Assembly: GCF_009914755.1 (NCBI RefSeq)
Contig: NC_060927.1
Direction: 5' to 3' (one strand)
Length of the DNA stretch: 64,000 nt
DNA from: the human T2T-CHM13v2.0 reference genome, Homo sapiens
Below are positions 30,954-44,944 of the stretch, piece by piece. The notes under the pieces are model-generated. The model saw only the letters and a program-made list of their open reading frames with translations, was not told the origin of the DNA and made no database searches. The position numbers and the translations under genes are program-made. Every line of letters begins with the position of its first letter. Within the stretch, counting starts at the first letter, position 1.

Positions 30954-32383
30954 GGCTCTATGAAGACTTCAAATCACCCTCACTTCCTTTGCATATAACC
31001 ATTTTTTTCTTCAGACAAATAAAAAATACAATTAAGTTTAATACAAGAAGAGGCTAAAAACATTAGGATAGAATATTAGAGTTTAAAGATCTTTGCCTGG
31101 TTATGGTCTAAAGATATTTGCTTTGATTAATATATGGTGTAACTCATTAATTAAATGCAAATTGAAATAAGATAAACCTGTCCCCATATCATTTCTGGTA
31201 GACAATAATGTGCCAGTTTTCTCTCCAATAAATTAGATGAGGCAAGCTTTCTGTTACTAAATAATAGCAATATGGGACAGGAGAAAAAAATTTACCATGA
31301 GGTGCTTTGGAATTATTCACATGAAGAACTTTTTATTTCTTACTTTCTTTTTCACTAAAATAGTACTTTTTCTCATTTTCAACCAATTTTTAAATATGAG
31401 GTGTTTACATTGCTTACTGTTCAAATTAGCATTGCATACTTTCAGGCACAGACATGCTCAAAATAGGAGTCTTTTGAAATGCCTGCATTCAGTATAAAAC
31501 ACACTGCTGGTAGGAAATGCAAAATGTAAAAGTCTTAAAATACATTTAGATATGGAAGACAAAACATTTAAAACATATTCACACTTTAACATGTTTGGAA
31601 GTATAAAGTTAATATCGTTTATGAAACAAATTTCAGGAATCATACTATTGAAACACCCTCACATCTTCAATTAGCTGGATTAAGGAAAAAAAATATTAAC
31701 AATATTTAAATGCAGAAAACAGATTATCAGGAAGAGAGATCGTTATAGCACCTTGTTTTCACTAACAAGCAGAGCAGACTGTAATTGAGTTTTAGAAATC
31801 CCTGAGGTGGTACTCGGTAGAGAAATCCAGACTTGGCAAGGAAATCAAGTTTCCCTTTAATTACATTATCTCAATCAAAGAGATAACTTTCACATCCCTA
31901 CAAAGCAAATGTTTTAAGGAGAAGTCTGGCAAGGAAAGTAGGTGGAGGTACAGAGGGGTTAAGAGTTTCAAATAACTTCATATTGGTAGGAGGAACATGT
32001 AGAAAACTGAAGTACACTGTGAGGAAGAAGACAGATGCCCTGGCAAATGGTGCTGCTCCCAAAAACATATGACACCTAACACCTTGGTCCATTGGTCCTG
32101 CTTTCCTATATCAGCCTTGGTTTTGCCTTTGTCACTGAAGAAACATGGCATGTTCCTTAGTGTTGAACACATAAGCCTAAAGCTGATCTACAGTTTCTTA
32201 AGCTGATAAAAGGCAAAGCTAAAATGACTTTGGCCATGACTATGCTGTTCGGAGGAGGAAAATGAGAATGTTCAGTGGAAATTATTTTCTTGGCAGTGTC
32301 CTTACTAGGTCAGCAAACCTCCATTCTTTCCAAATTTTCCGGGTCTCCTGCTTATTTCAGGACCCATATAAGGAGGATATAAG

Positions 32384-33747
32384 CAGTGATGTGTGAGAGC
32401 TGGTTTGTACCAGATCACAAGAGCTGTTTGTATAATTTTCAGAAATTTTGTAAGCTGGTAGCTTAAAAAGCCATTAAAAATTAAATTGTGTAATTTGAAA
32501 GTAATAAATATTAAAAACAAAGGGAAGAAAATATTAAAAACTCTGTAATTCCTCATAATGTCACTACATTTTACTATTGTCTATGCTCTTAGGTTATATA
32601 CATCTATATTAGTCTGTTTTCATGCTGCTGATAAAGACACACCTGAGACTGGGTACTTTAAAAAGAAAAAGAGATTTAATGGACTTACAGTTCCATGTGG
32701 CTGTGGAGGCCTCACAATCATGGTAGAAGGTGAAAGGCATGTTTTATGTGGTGGCAGGCAAGAGAGAATGAGAACGAAGTGCAAGGGTTTTCCCCTTATA
32801 AAACCATCAGATTTCAGGAGACTTATTCACTACGACGAGAATGGTATGGGGGAAACTGCCCCCATGATTCAATTATCTCTTACAGGGTCCGTCTCACAAC
32901 ACATGAGAATCATGGGAGCTACTATTCAACATGAGATTTGGGTGGGGACACAGCCAAACCATATCAACATCTATTGTATCTTGTGGTGGAAATACTCTCA
33001 GTAGTGTGCTACCGCACGTCTCTTTCCAAGTCTGTGCAGTGACATCAGGTTTGTAGCTTCAATTCAGCCATATGAACTGGAAACTGGAAACACTACAGAT
33101 TAACTGTTTTCTTGGCTATCTAGATTTAAGAAAGTGATGGGGGAAAATAATGATTATGGAGACAAAGCTTAAAAGCATATTGTGTCAATAGCTGTTACAT
33201 GGTGAATAGTACAAAAAATTAAGAAAATACCCTTTAGTGTTCTATATCTATTATCTGATTTGGCAAAAATGTCACTCATATGATTGACAAATGAGTAAAG
33301 TTTTGACATATATTCTTAGGCTTCACTTTTGTCTTGTTTATGTAAACAAAAATGTCAACCAATATTCATGTCTGAAGCACACCTGTTTTGTCAGTGACAT
33401 GAGCAACTTTGCTTAATTGGGTAGTAACCAAGCATTTATTCCTTATCTGAATTTTCAAATCATGGCTGAATCACAATCATAAGTTGACTGTGATTACAGG
33501 AATTCAACAAACATTAACAAAAGCATTCTGTGAGAATCAAATTGGCTATATAGAATCTATGATAAAGATTGGTGTATATTTTATGATTACTCACAAATTG
33601 TGTGGTGCACATTTTATATCAGTAAAATTTATAATAAGCAGTCAGATGTATGAGGGTATGTGGATATATGTTTTTATATATACACACATACATACACACA
33701 CATGCATACACAAAAACCAGTTGTTAATATTTACCAGCACACCACTG
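32384..33747 (+). mobile_element. MER63D-like hAT-Blackjack element, split by THE1B
   Basis: TIRs cagtgatgtg / cagcacaccactg. 8-bp TSD gatataag (32376-83) / gatatcaa (33748-55). Confidence 0.85.
32605..32966 (-). mobile_element. THE1B solo LTR
   Basis: catgctgctgataaagac...gagagaatgagaac...cagccaaaccatatca. Perfect TSD acatc (32600-04 / 32967-71). Confidence 0.96.
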
Positions 33748-35695
33748 GATATCAACACAATAAAGATATACTTTATTGTGTATCTCAGCAAAAACTGACC
33801 ACTCAACTTTTCTAGGGACAACTTTATTATGGTTGGAAACTAGAGGCTAAGACATTTATTGTGTCATTGTTGAAGTTCCGTAAAACCATTTCCTATCTCT
33901 AAAGTTATTTATTTGGCTATAATGCCAAGCTACACCAGCTACTTCCCCAAAAGCAAGGCTACCAGATGGTGACAGATTTGAAAGCTCTTTCTCATATTTT
34001 GAGGGTAGGTAGGGGAGTCACGCTATGGGACAGTAGGAAAATCCACTTTTAGCAGGCAGGATAGAATGGGAGAAGTCAACACCTTGTCAGTTGCCAATGA
34101 GCTGCTGAGAAGTAGTTACAGGGTATATAGCAGGATAGTATTAAACTGAAAGGTCATTAATGTGAGATCCTTGGGACAATATGCACTCTGTATGTCTCAA
34201 TAATGTTAAAAGATTCTGTACAATATTTGATTGTATCCAAATAGTTTATAACTGTAACATTTAATTTCAAGGACAAAAATGAACTTAAGTCAACTATTCC
34301 TGTGGTTTTACATTTCAGAGAGCAGTAAGAAAAATTCACCAAAACAAAATAAAGCAAAACAAAAATGGAGTGCCAAAACAGATTTGCTAATTTTTAAAAA
34401 TGTGTTCAAATAAAGATATTTTCAAATCCTTCCTTTTATTATCACCCTTATGGCGCAAAAGAAAGCTCATCAGTTTGCTATTAGGATCATTTGGTAGCAC
34501 ACAAAGTCCATTTTCTATATATGTTCAGAAGAGGAAACAGGATGAGCATTGGGCTCAGCCACTGGAGATCACAGCTTCATCATGGTTCAACCTCATCTTC
34601 AGACACTGAAAGTATTGCTGAAGAAACAGGAAGCAGCATTGAGCACGAGGGGCTGCCATGTGTCCTCTCCACTGAAGATAGTCTGAAGGATACAGTGACC
34701 GCAGGAACAAAAATGCCCTCAGAAACAGCCCTAAAGGGCTTCTAGAAAGTACATGCTACCTGATGCTTTTTTTTTTTTTTTTTAACGATTGATGTCTCTG
34801 ATTTGATTTGGTCCAAGCTATTCTGAGAATTCATGATGGAATGAGAACATCAGCAACTGCAGCCTATTGGATTTCGGTTTAGTAGAGTACAGTGCTCTGT
34901 TTGATCATCCACTTTTCAAGAGCCAGCTTCACATCCTAACTGCATCATCCTTGCAAAGCTCTGCTACTTTGAATGCTGCTTTTTTTCAGTCCCTGAAATA
35001 CATGTGCCTGGGGTGTCACCAACAGGTGGGTTTTTTCCTCTGACTTCTTTCCATGTAAGCCTCAAGGCATGTATAAAGGACATGAGCGCTGCTTTCATTT
35101 TCCAAAAGAAATCAGCTTTATACTGGGAATTGCAAGCACGTGCCAGGTTTCCCATAGTGACTTATATGAACTCGCACATACTCAGGGTGAGTAAAACTAG
35201 CAGGCAGGCAGGCCTCAACCAAGAGCACATTTGCTAGTTTTTCTTGAAATGTTCAGAACTCTGGCCCTAAGAGAAGCTAATGCCAGGCAATCCCTTGCAA
35301 GGATAGGAGGGTTATGGGATCAAGGCAAAAGACACATTTGGGGAACACCATTCCATTGGGCAAGCTCTGATATGCAGAATCTAAGGCAGCTTTCTGGACC
35401 TCTGAATATCATAGCATCGCAGTGGCTTCCTGTGGCTCTGTGGTTACAGAACAATTTCTACCAAATGAAGAGAATGACAGAAGCAAGGACCTCCACATTC
35501 CTATCATATGTGACAGTCTGGAAAAAGGCAGTGTTCATTCTTACCTCTCCTAACTTCACTCGCTCATTCCCAGGTGAGCCTGAGGCCACATTTCACCTGA
35601 GCATCCCAGCTCCTACAGTCAGAGGAAAGAACAAACTTCACTCCCACTGAATTAGGACCAACTATTTACCAGACACTGTGCAGGTATTATGTTAC

Positions 35696-36120
35696 TGTCT
35701 CAGTCTGTTTAGTTGTCACCATAAAGAAATACCTGAGGCTGGGTAATTCAAGAAGAGAAGAAGGTTTATCTGGCTTATAGTTCTGCAGGCTGTACGAGAA
35801 GCCTGGTATTGGCCTTGGCTTCTGGTGAGGGCCTCTGGCTGCTTCCACTCATGGCAAGGGTGAAGGGGGGCTGTGTGTGCAGAGATCACATGGGGAGCGA
35901 GGAAGCAAGAGAGAAGGGAAGAGGCACCACACTCTTTTTAACAACCAGCTTTCATGGGAACTAACAGAGTAGGGAGTAACTCACCAACAGAGAGGTCATT
36001 AATCTATTCATGATGGATCTACCCTCATCACCCAAACACTTCCCATGAGGCCCCACTTCCAATATTGGGGATGAAATTTCAACATGAGGTTAGGAGGGCA
36101 CAAACATCCAAACCACAGCA
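35696..36120 (-). mobile_element. MSTB1-like LTR inserted in a MIR
   Basis: tgtctcagtc...gcttccactcatggca...caaacatccaaaccacagca. TSD gttac/attac. MIR halves at about 35660-35695 and 36121-36193. Confidence 0.9.
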
Positions 36121-36210
36121 ATTACTAGTCAATTATTTCCGCAGTCCAGTGAGACAGTTTTCTGATACTTGTTTACAGGACAAGAAATTAAGTCTTTTTT
36201 GTCTATTAGA

Positions 36211-36320
36211 CATTCATTTATTGAGAACCAACTATTTGTCAGAAATGGTGCTGCAGGGCTACCAGAGAACCAGACAAATGTGGCCCCTGACCTCATGGAA
36301 TTTGCATTCCTGTGGCACTC
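36211..36320 (-). mobile_element. L2 3' end
   Basis: cattcatttattgag...cccctgacctcatggaatttgcattc. Confidence 0.7.
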
Positions 36321-38085
36321 AGAGAAGTGAGTACCTAAGCAGTCAGTAAATAACTTTGGCTGGCTGGTTGGCTAAGTGTGTATGGAGCAGGGAGGCTTGG
36401 AAGGGGGAAAGTAACAACATGGAAAGAAAAGCAATTGTGCAGGGATTCCTAGATAATAAGCCAAAGACCCAGAATTTGAACTTCAGTCTAATTCACTTTT
36501 GACTTTATCAAGTGACATAGCCTCGCAGATCCCCCATCTCTTCCTATCTCATATTAAAAACGAACCAGAGCAAGAACAGTAGCAGTGGAATCTTTCCCAT
36601 GGCCCATCTCTGTTCGCTGGAGTCTGAGCACCATCTTTGGGCCAAAAGCCTGGGGAAGAACAGGATCTAAATTCCACATTTGTGGTGAGGACTAGAAAGT
36701 TTCAGAACATTGCCCTTTTAAACTCATCTTTATTAATATTCTTTAAGCGCACAGGTAATGAGAAAGTGCAAATACAGCCCCCTCTGGCTGCAGCAGTCAG
36801 AGAGCCAAGAAAAAACTGCATGTCATGCCATCCTATTATAATAACAGATTAAAAGGGCACAAACAGGGTACTAATTAGCAGTCATAAAAACTTGAAGCTC
36901 CAGATTGCTCATCTTCATATCTGGGCAGTAAAAGTACCACGTGTGCAGATAACATAGAAGTAAAATACCAGGGTGCAATTGCCCAGAGCTCAGCCAGCAT
37001 CAGCTGAGAGAAGCAGTTGCATCCAGCAGCACATCCTACACTTTCTCAAGAATCCAAAGGCATTCAGGTGACTGCCCAAGAATTAAAAATCAGCCAGCCC
37101 AGAGAGAGGCAAGTGCCTCCTAACTCAGCAAGGGACAGCGGGAGACCTTGCCAACTTCTGATTGATCGTCTTCAATTCCCTTTCTCCAAGATGTATTCCT
37201 GTCCATGGTCTCTCCCTGGATTTTATGCAGAAAGCTACTTCTGAGAAATGAGAGGGTTTTATTAGCATGCAGGGGCCAAAGTTTAGCCTGAAGGAGAGAT
37301 ACCTTCATCAATAAAATCTTTTTTGATTAAATTCAGTCTTTTTTCTTGGGTCTGCTCAGAGCTTGGAAAATAAGACGGGTGTACTTTCTAACTTTTATCC
37401 CCAATTTGTTCCCTGAGGATTTCAAGGATTCTGTTGCCATCGGGGCACTCTGAAAGAAGAAAGGAAGGAGTATGCTTTCTTTAACAAGTTGTCTCTTAAC
37501 AAATTCATACCCAATAATTCAGGCTTGGACATTCACTGTACTCACCTAGCTTGGCCAAGTGGCTCTGTATTCTATGTTAACTGTGATCTATAATTTTAAA
37601 AGTAGTCATGCATAGCTTATATAGAGAACCATCTTTTAAAAAATACTCTAAATTTTGTTCTAATAAGGAGAAAAGTGTATCTACATTGCATGTGATACTG
37701 AAACTAGACAAATTCCTTGTAGCCTTTTATCTGACAACAGCTAAAAGGCCCAAATTGAAGGCAAAGCAATGATGCAAGTGAACTATACAATAAGCACAAT
37801 TGTATTCATTTTATTTCCAACATTATAATAAGGACCATATATTATTCACTGGTATATATTCTCTTCACTGTACAGTGAAATATATGGGAAAAAATCAAGA
37901 CCCTTCTCTTTTAAACATTAGCTCTATATCAGAAAGGAAATGGTCTATATTTATTGATTTTCTTTGAGGGATCTAGGTAAATATCACAGGGCTATGACTG
38001 GGTCCTAGTCTCCATACCACCAGTGATATGGCTTGTCCAACATGACCTTTAGAAAGACTCAGAGTTTGGCTTTGTGTTTCTCATC

Positions 38086-38453
38086 TGTCTTAGTCTGCTT
38101 TTGCTGCTTTAACAGAATACCTGAGACTGGAAGATTTATAATAAACAGAAATTTATTTGGCTCATGGTTCTGGAGGCTGGGAAGTCCCAGATCAAGGGGC
38201 AAGCTGCATCCAGTGAGGGCCTTCTTGCTATGTCATAACATGGTGAAAGGCATCACATAGCCAGAAGAGAGGGTGAGAAGGGCTGAGCTAGTGTTTACAA
38301 GAAACCTACTCCCATGATAACAACATCAATTCATTCATGACAGCAGGGCCCTCATAACCTAATCACCTCTTCAAGTTCCCATCTGTCAATACTGTTGTTC
38401 TGGGGATTACGTTTCTAACACATAAACTTTGGAAACACATTCAAACCAGAGCA
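38086..38453 (-). mobile_element. MSTC/MSTD-like LTR
   Basis: tgtcttagtc...ggttctggaggctgggaagtc...cacattcaaaccagagca. TSD tcatc/ccatc. Confidence 0.9.
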
Positions 38454-39969
38454 CCATCCTATTCTCAGTAATACCCTTTGTCTTAATTTTTCCCTACTAA
38501 CCTGGGATGATATTCAAAGATATTCAACAATGCTTGGGCACTGGCCAATAAAAATGGGACTAGACACCAGGCATCAAGAGGCAGTCCAGCCTTTCTAATT
38601 CATACTGTCTGACATCCATCCAGTCCCAATTGTTTCAAAGGTTCTGGTGATAATAGGGGCCACCTCTCCCAAATTTGCCTTCTTAACTGGATTCCTAAAA
38701 GGACAAGTCATGAATCTCTAATCATAATTCTAGCACACGTACCACAGGCCATTAGGAAAACTATCCTCAGATAAATGAAGCCTCCCCATACCCTCAAATT
38801 ACATCACGAAGGTGAGACCCTTAGCATGGTCTCTGACTCACTAGGCAACCATGGCCAAGTGATTTGCATTCTTGAGAAAAACTTACCCTCCTTATAACAG
38901 AGAGGAGGATCCCTCAAAGAGATCCTGAAAGCTCAAGTAGGAGAAGACACTACAACGTGGTTGGAATGCTTCAAAAGATAATACTTTCTAATCCTAAGAC
39001 ATAATTGCTAATAAATGGTTTCTTTTTTACGTAAGGTCAAAGAATTTTTAATAAATACAGTCTTTGGTGCTCATTAAGAAGACACTAATTCTTCATGGGT
39101 TCATAAGCACACACATAAGAAAAATCTGCAGCAACAGTACAGTAATAAATGTAAAATCCTAATGAGAGAACATACATTGGCTGGAAAAGGGTATTGTTCT
39201 TTTCTTCCTTCTTTTCTTTTGCGAATGATATTGTAATGAATTTTCTTCAGAGGACTTATTAGTGTCTGTTTAATATTATCTCTCTCTTTCATGTGAAAAC
39301 TTTCCTTAGAATCTTAGGCAAAGCTTTAGGCCTTCAATGAAGACGTCATTAAAAAATAATATCTAAGCAGTGCTCAAAATATCACATTACAACAAGTTAA
39401 CAGCACTGTCATAGGATATAGAGATGGGATGATATTAACTATCAGAGATTCCAGCCTGATCTATCAGTAATTTCATTATTTCCAAGTACGAAATTAACTT
39501 CTTTGAGAGGATAAAGCCTGCAGGGCTCTGGAGGCCTCTTTTGATCTAAGCAGATTATTGCCCTGTGGGGACTCCATGGTGGGAATTAGATCTGCGTTCT
39601 TGGTGGTGTCCATAGCTGGTTCTCCATTTTCTACATTCCTCATGTTAGAATGGCCATAAATACGGACTGAGCATCAATCTGGGACTCTTTTTCAGATTGC
39701 CTAGAGGGCCAAACACTGGAAAAGAAAAGGGCTGCCCGTGAAACTTCTGGTTCCTGCCTTACTGAGGGCTTCAAGGAAAGGCTGGGTTTAGGGTTCCTGA
39801 ACACTCTGTGCTGCCTCGGTTCATTTCCTGTTGGGGAAGTTCTGAAGTTCATCTGTTACATTCCCAATGCTTATGTTAATTCATATGCAAAATGGGAACC
39901 CGCTTAACTATTGCCTTTTATTACTCTGAAATCAGCCAAACCAGCTTATGCATCTTAGCAGTCTTAAAT

Positions 39970-40282
39970 CAGCGTTTCCCAAGTATGATCTTTGAAACAC
40001 TATTACCAAAAAGCTGCTCAAAAGAGAGAGAGAAATTATAATAAAAATATCATAGTTCAAAGTACTTTGGAAATGCTGCTTATTATCTCTCTTCCGTTAG
40101 TTTCACGTACAATGCTAAGGTCAAAGAAGTTCTTCAATAAAGAACAGTATTTAATTTTGCTTAGCTGAGCATTTTTCAATGTTACTTGCCATAGAATTTC
40201 CTTCATTTCTCCCCCCCAACACTGGCTCTCATAATCTGTTATCATTCTGAAGAACAAAGAGCACACACTTTGAGAAGAGATG
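39970..40282. mobile_element. Old hAT-Charlie fossil (MER103C-like)
   Basis: cagcgtttcccaa... and ...cacactttgagaagagatg termini. Confidence 0.55.
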
Positions 40283-43200
40283 GCCCTAAGTTAATCAGCA
40301 CACTGCATTAGGTGGCTGCTATCAATTTTGATTTAATTACACAAGCATGCACTCAGCATTTATGCAACGTAAGGTCAGAATAAGGGTTATGTACTCCTCA
40401 AGGGTAGGTTCCCAAATTGGTGGGATATGTTCCAGCCCCTCCAAGGACTTACACACTTTCCTAAGACCTGAAAAGCTATGGTTTAAAAATAGTTGATCAA
40501 TCCTTCCAGTTGTCCAGCTGGGGTCAGTTGCCAACTCTGGCGGGCAAAATATCAGGAACCAAGGACACAAAATATGAGGAAGGCGTGGCCTCTTCCCTCA
40601 AGGAGGCTACCATGGACAACTAACCACAAACCAGGAAAAGCATGATATGGAAAAGGGAGTGGTTTATTCTGCATGAAGGGAAAAGGAAGATTGGTAAAGA
40701 CACAGGCTGCTAAGCGGGGCTCCAGTGAGAAGAATTCCCATTGCTGGGTAGAAGAGGACAGATGGGTAAGCAACCTGAGAAGGACTGAGGCTGCAAATGT
40801 GCAGGGCATGGCCGTTCTAAGCCAGTCATCCCCCCGACATCACAGATGAACCAACAGGACAAAAATTTAAGAGTTCCATGATAGAGGAGGCAAACCTTAG
40901 CCAATTTCTTCACACCAGGAAGCCACTGTGCCTATATTCTGAACCTTGCTGACGGTAGGTCTGGAGTGGGCCTTTGTGTCTCCCAGCAGCAGGCATACAT
41001 AGGAGTCATCTCTTCGATGGGCATTCACATAGGGCTAGGTGTGCCCTTGCTTTATAAAACATATGGGTTCTTAAAAATTGGATATTCCTGGATGTCTTGT
41101 AAGTAAAATCATTTTACATGACCATGAGGAGTGATCCATTTAAAGGATCCTTGCAGGGAAGACTCTGGGGAACAAGGAATCCACATGCACTCTGAGATTT
41201 CTGTTTAGATTTTTCCTGAAGAGCTGCCTCTTAGGGGACTTCTGAATTTAAAGAGACGTTAGAAAGCAGACATGATGAAACTGCGTTGTCTCCAAACTAA
41301 AAACAAAAAGATGAAAGTAAACTTAAAAGCTACAGATGCCATTCGACAATGATTTGATGTAAAATAATAGTCCATCTATAACTCAATTTAGCCAAGTCCA
41401 TACCTTCTGAGATCCTTGACTTACCTAAAGGCTCTGTCTAAATAGTGACCCTATATCATACAAGTTGAACAACAACAAAAGGAGAAACTAGCAGATTTTT
41501 ACATCATCGGGAGGGACATAGCTGGTCAAACAGGCAGTAAAGTTTGAGCACAACAAAGCGAGCTTTGAACCTCCTAAGCAAACTGACAAATTGCGCTCAG
41601 GAGTCCAGTTCCCAGCATCAGCACCACTTTGCCACAATGGCTTGTCTCCTATCTCTCCTGCCTAATGGCTTTCCATGCCAAGGAGGGCAGTCAGTGTGAT
41701 GAAAATAACCATCAACAAAGCATTTGGTGATTAGTCGTCTGCTTTTTTAAATATAATGCCTGCCAGCCAAGATTGATAAATTATTTTGGTCATTAACAAT
41801 CTATTTAACAACTGTAAATTTAAAGTGATCACTTTCCTGAGGCTTAGTGTTATAGAGGTTAGGGGGTAGAATCTATTTAGCCAGAGTTAAGAGCTGGAAA
41901 ATTAAGCCAGAACACGAGAAACAAGATTACAAAGTAGTATTCCTCAGTGAGTGCTGTGAAGCTATATGGAATCAGGCTATTACCAATGGTGGGGGATATG
42001 TTTAATCACCTCTTAAAGGAAAAACAATCTTAATTAATGTTGTATGTCATAAAAATATAATTTAGATGGGGATGGGAAATTGCTAAAGACGAAACCCAGA
42101 GCAAAGTGAAGACTTGGTTCAAAATGAACCACCCACCCATCAATTATAAAAATATTGCCCAACAGCAAATCAAAGAACATGCTCTTTGGTCATATTTGGG
42201 CAGCCTGAAAACACTGATCCTTGAAAAGCGTTTTCATACTTTATACAAAAAAGATAGGAAATATTTAAACTTACTTTAAATTAGAATTTTAAGTGCCATA
42301 TTTAAAAAGCTGAATTACTCATAGACACAGTCAAAGTTAACACACTATATTTTAAAACTATATCTAAAAAACTCATAAATATGTAGTCAGTTGTGTTGGT
42401 CAGTGAACAATATTATTATCTTTATGCTGCAACATTTGGACCGAACATTTCACCTGACTAAAGTTTGGCATTGGTCCACTTGTTTTATTTGATGCTTATA
42501 GGACATCCAAAGGGAAACATAGCAAATTGTTTCTGTAGCCTATTCATTAGTAGCACAGAGAACCAATCCCAGCTTCAAGGTGTCAACTGGTGTTGCATCC
42601 CAGGCCCCATCTACCAGTAGTTCAATAAGGAGCAAGATGGCAGGAATAAGAGGGAAATGCATCTCCCTTCAGCTTTCAGGTTTTAGACTACTGTACATGG
42701 CTCTTTCCAAACAAGAAGAAAAGAATATAACATGAACTGATTGGTGCAGTAAACTAAACTGGATTTATATGCTCTAATATGGAAAAAAGATCCCTAGAAC
42801 TGATCCTCAAAAGCATCTCCCATTAATGGAGAAATAGGAGAATGTCCCCAAGGGTGAAAGTCTGGGACCAGCAATATGGCAACATTATAAGTTCGCTGAA
42901 CAGCATTTTTGTAGGAAGTGTGTTCTAACTGCCTTTGTAAAAGGAAAAAGGAAAATAAAACAAAGCAGCTGGACAATACCATTTCCACTGATTAAAGTTC
43001 AGGGGAGCCTGAAAAGTTACTTATGAGATATAGTTCAACCATTTTCCCCCTTGCTTTCAGATTTACGTGATATTAACTCCTATGCGTCCACAGCAGCCCC
43101 ATGATCCGCCTCAGAGGAATTCAGTGCCTAATACTTGACTAGGAAGAAACATTAGGTATTGATGGGCAAAGAGTTTTCATCTCAAATGCCTCTCTGATCA

Positions 43201-43307
43201 ACTAGCAGTAGCTCTTGTTGAGGAGTCCGAGGCCATATTTAAACTCAGTGGAAAACAGCAGCATGGGAAATTAGCAGTTTGGCATAGAGATTAAGAACAT
43301 GGATTCC

Positions 43308-43588
43308 AGCAGGGAGCAGTGGCTCATGCCTGTAAAATACCAGCACTTTGGGCGGCCAAGGCAGGCAGATCACTTTAGACCAGCCTGGGCAACATGGCGA
43401 AACCCTGCCTCTACAAAAAATAGCCTGGTGTGGTGGTGCACGCCTGTAGTCCTAATTATTTGGGAGGCTGTGGTAAGAGGATCACCTCAGCCCAGTAACG
43501 TCAAGGCTGCAGTGAGCCATGATCATACCACTGTACTCCAGCCTGGGCAACAAAGTGAGACCCTTTCTCAAAAAACAAACAAACAAAA
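43308..43588 (+). mobile_element. AluJ, B-box region deleted, inserted in a MIR(+) (about 43275-43745)
   Basis: AluJ right arm (ggatcacctcagccc...aaggctgcagtgagccatgat). Degenerate TSD aagaacatggattcc / atgatcatagattct. Confidence 0.92.
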
Positions 43589-44325
43589 TGATCATAGATT
43601 CTAAATACATATGGATGTTTGAATCCTGGCCCTATTCCTTACCAGCATAACAACATAACCTTATGAGGTTATTATGAACATTAAATAAATTAAGGCAACT
43701 TTCACAATGTCTAGCACATAATTTACACTTCATAAACATTAGCATCATAACCAGGAGGACTAATTGCCATTGTTGCTAATTGGCATTGCAGAGTAGAGTT
43801 GTGGCTTGTCTTTTGCCCATCAGGCTATCTGTGTTTCAGAATCTGCTCCTCAACTCAAGTGTAAAACTTACAAGCAGTGGTGGAGTGGGACAAGTCAAAT
43901 CTACACAGTTCTTTATATGATTGAATCAGTGAACTGGATAGACTCTACCACCAAGATGTGATGTGTTGCGATGGTGGTTCTGTAGTATGTTTGGACCGTG
44001 AAAGATCAAAAAGTCTTTCAATGATTCATATTTTCAGGGCATTGCAAAGTGATCAATTTGGTACATTCTTGACTTAAAACAATCACTTGGACTTCTCCAA
44101 ACTTCCCAGACTGCTAATAACATGCAATCCTACTTCTAACCAAAGTGAATAAAGCATCAAAAGGAAACCTTGGTTTCATCCCAAGTGCTACCAGCTGCTT
44201 TCACATATTGAAAGTTTGGCTCTACCACTAACAGGAAAGGAAACACTTTCAAACCTGGCAGGTGATGAGAACAGACTTCAGAACTTGGCTACACTGTCAT
44301 CAGACATCAGGGGCTGGAATTAGGG

Positions 44326-44540
44326 CAGGGGTTCTCAACTGGTGACAATTTTGTCCCACAGGGGACATTTGACAATGTCTGGAGACATTTTTGGTTGTCA
44401 CAACTGGGTGGGAGGTGTTTCTGGCATCTAGTGGGTAGAAGCCTGAATGCTACAAAACATCTCACTATGCATACTCTCACTCCCCAAACTCTGAATCTTC
44501 GGGTACAAAATGTCAGTAGTGCCAAGACTGAGAAATCCTG
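44326..44540 (+). mobile_element. MER20
   Basis: caggggttctcaac...gacatttgacaatgtctggagacatttttggttgtcacaactgg...gagaaatcctg. TSD aattaggg/gattagca. Confidence 0.95.
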
Positions 44541-44589
44541 GATTAGCACGGAACACAGAGCAGTGTGGACTCATTGCTAAATGTTTTCC

Positions 44590-44695
44590 TCACTATACTG
44601 GAGGCTCCAGGTAAGTAGGAATCATTGTATCTTCAGTGCCTAGCACAGTTCCCAGTACTTAGCAGGGGCTATATTAATTTTTGTGGAGTGAATGC
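44590..44695 (+). mobile_element. L2 3' end
   Basis: tgtatcttcagtgcctagcacagt...gtgaatg. Confidence 0.7.
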
Positions 44696-44944
44696 ACTAT
44701 AATAGCAGATATTAATGCAGGTCAGCTACCATTTTTCTTCACAGCAGAGCAAATATTTCTTCAATATTAAAGTCAGAAAGCAAGGTGAACAGAGAAGACA
44801 TATCAGAACATGACTTTGCTTATTTGGGCATCTAGCACATCAGACACTTCCAATAAATCTGTCCCACTTCCTTCATTCCCTATCTTCCCTAGAGAAGTAA
44901 CTGATGCCACATCCAGAACCTAACAATAAGTTACGTCAACTTGA

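Noticed and set aside
32558-33004. 148-aa ORF
   Set aside because: It is an antisense read-through of the THE1B LTR.
44608-44616. Consensus donor CAG|GTAAGT (similar TAG|GTAAGT near 55153-55161)
   Set aside because: It lies in an L2 remnant with no convincing paired acceptor; such sites are expected by chance in 64 kb.
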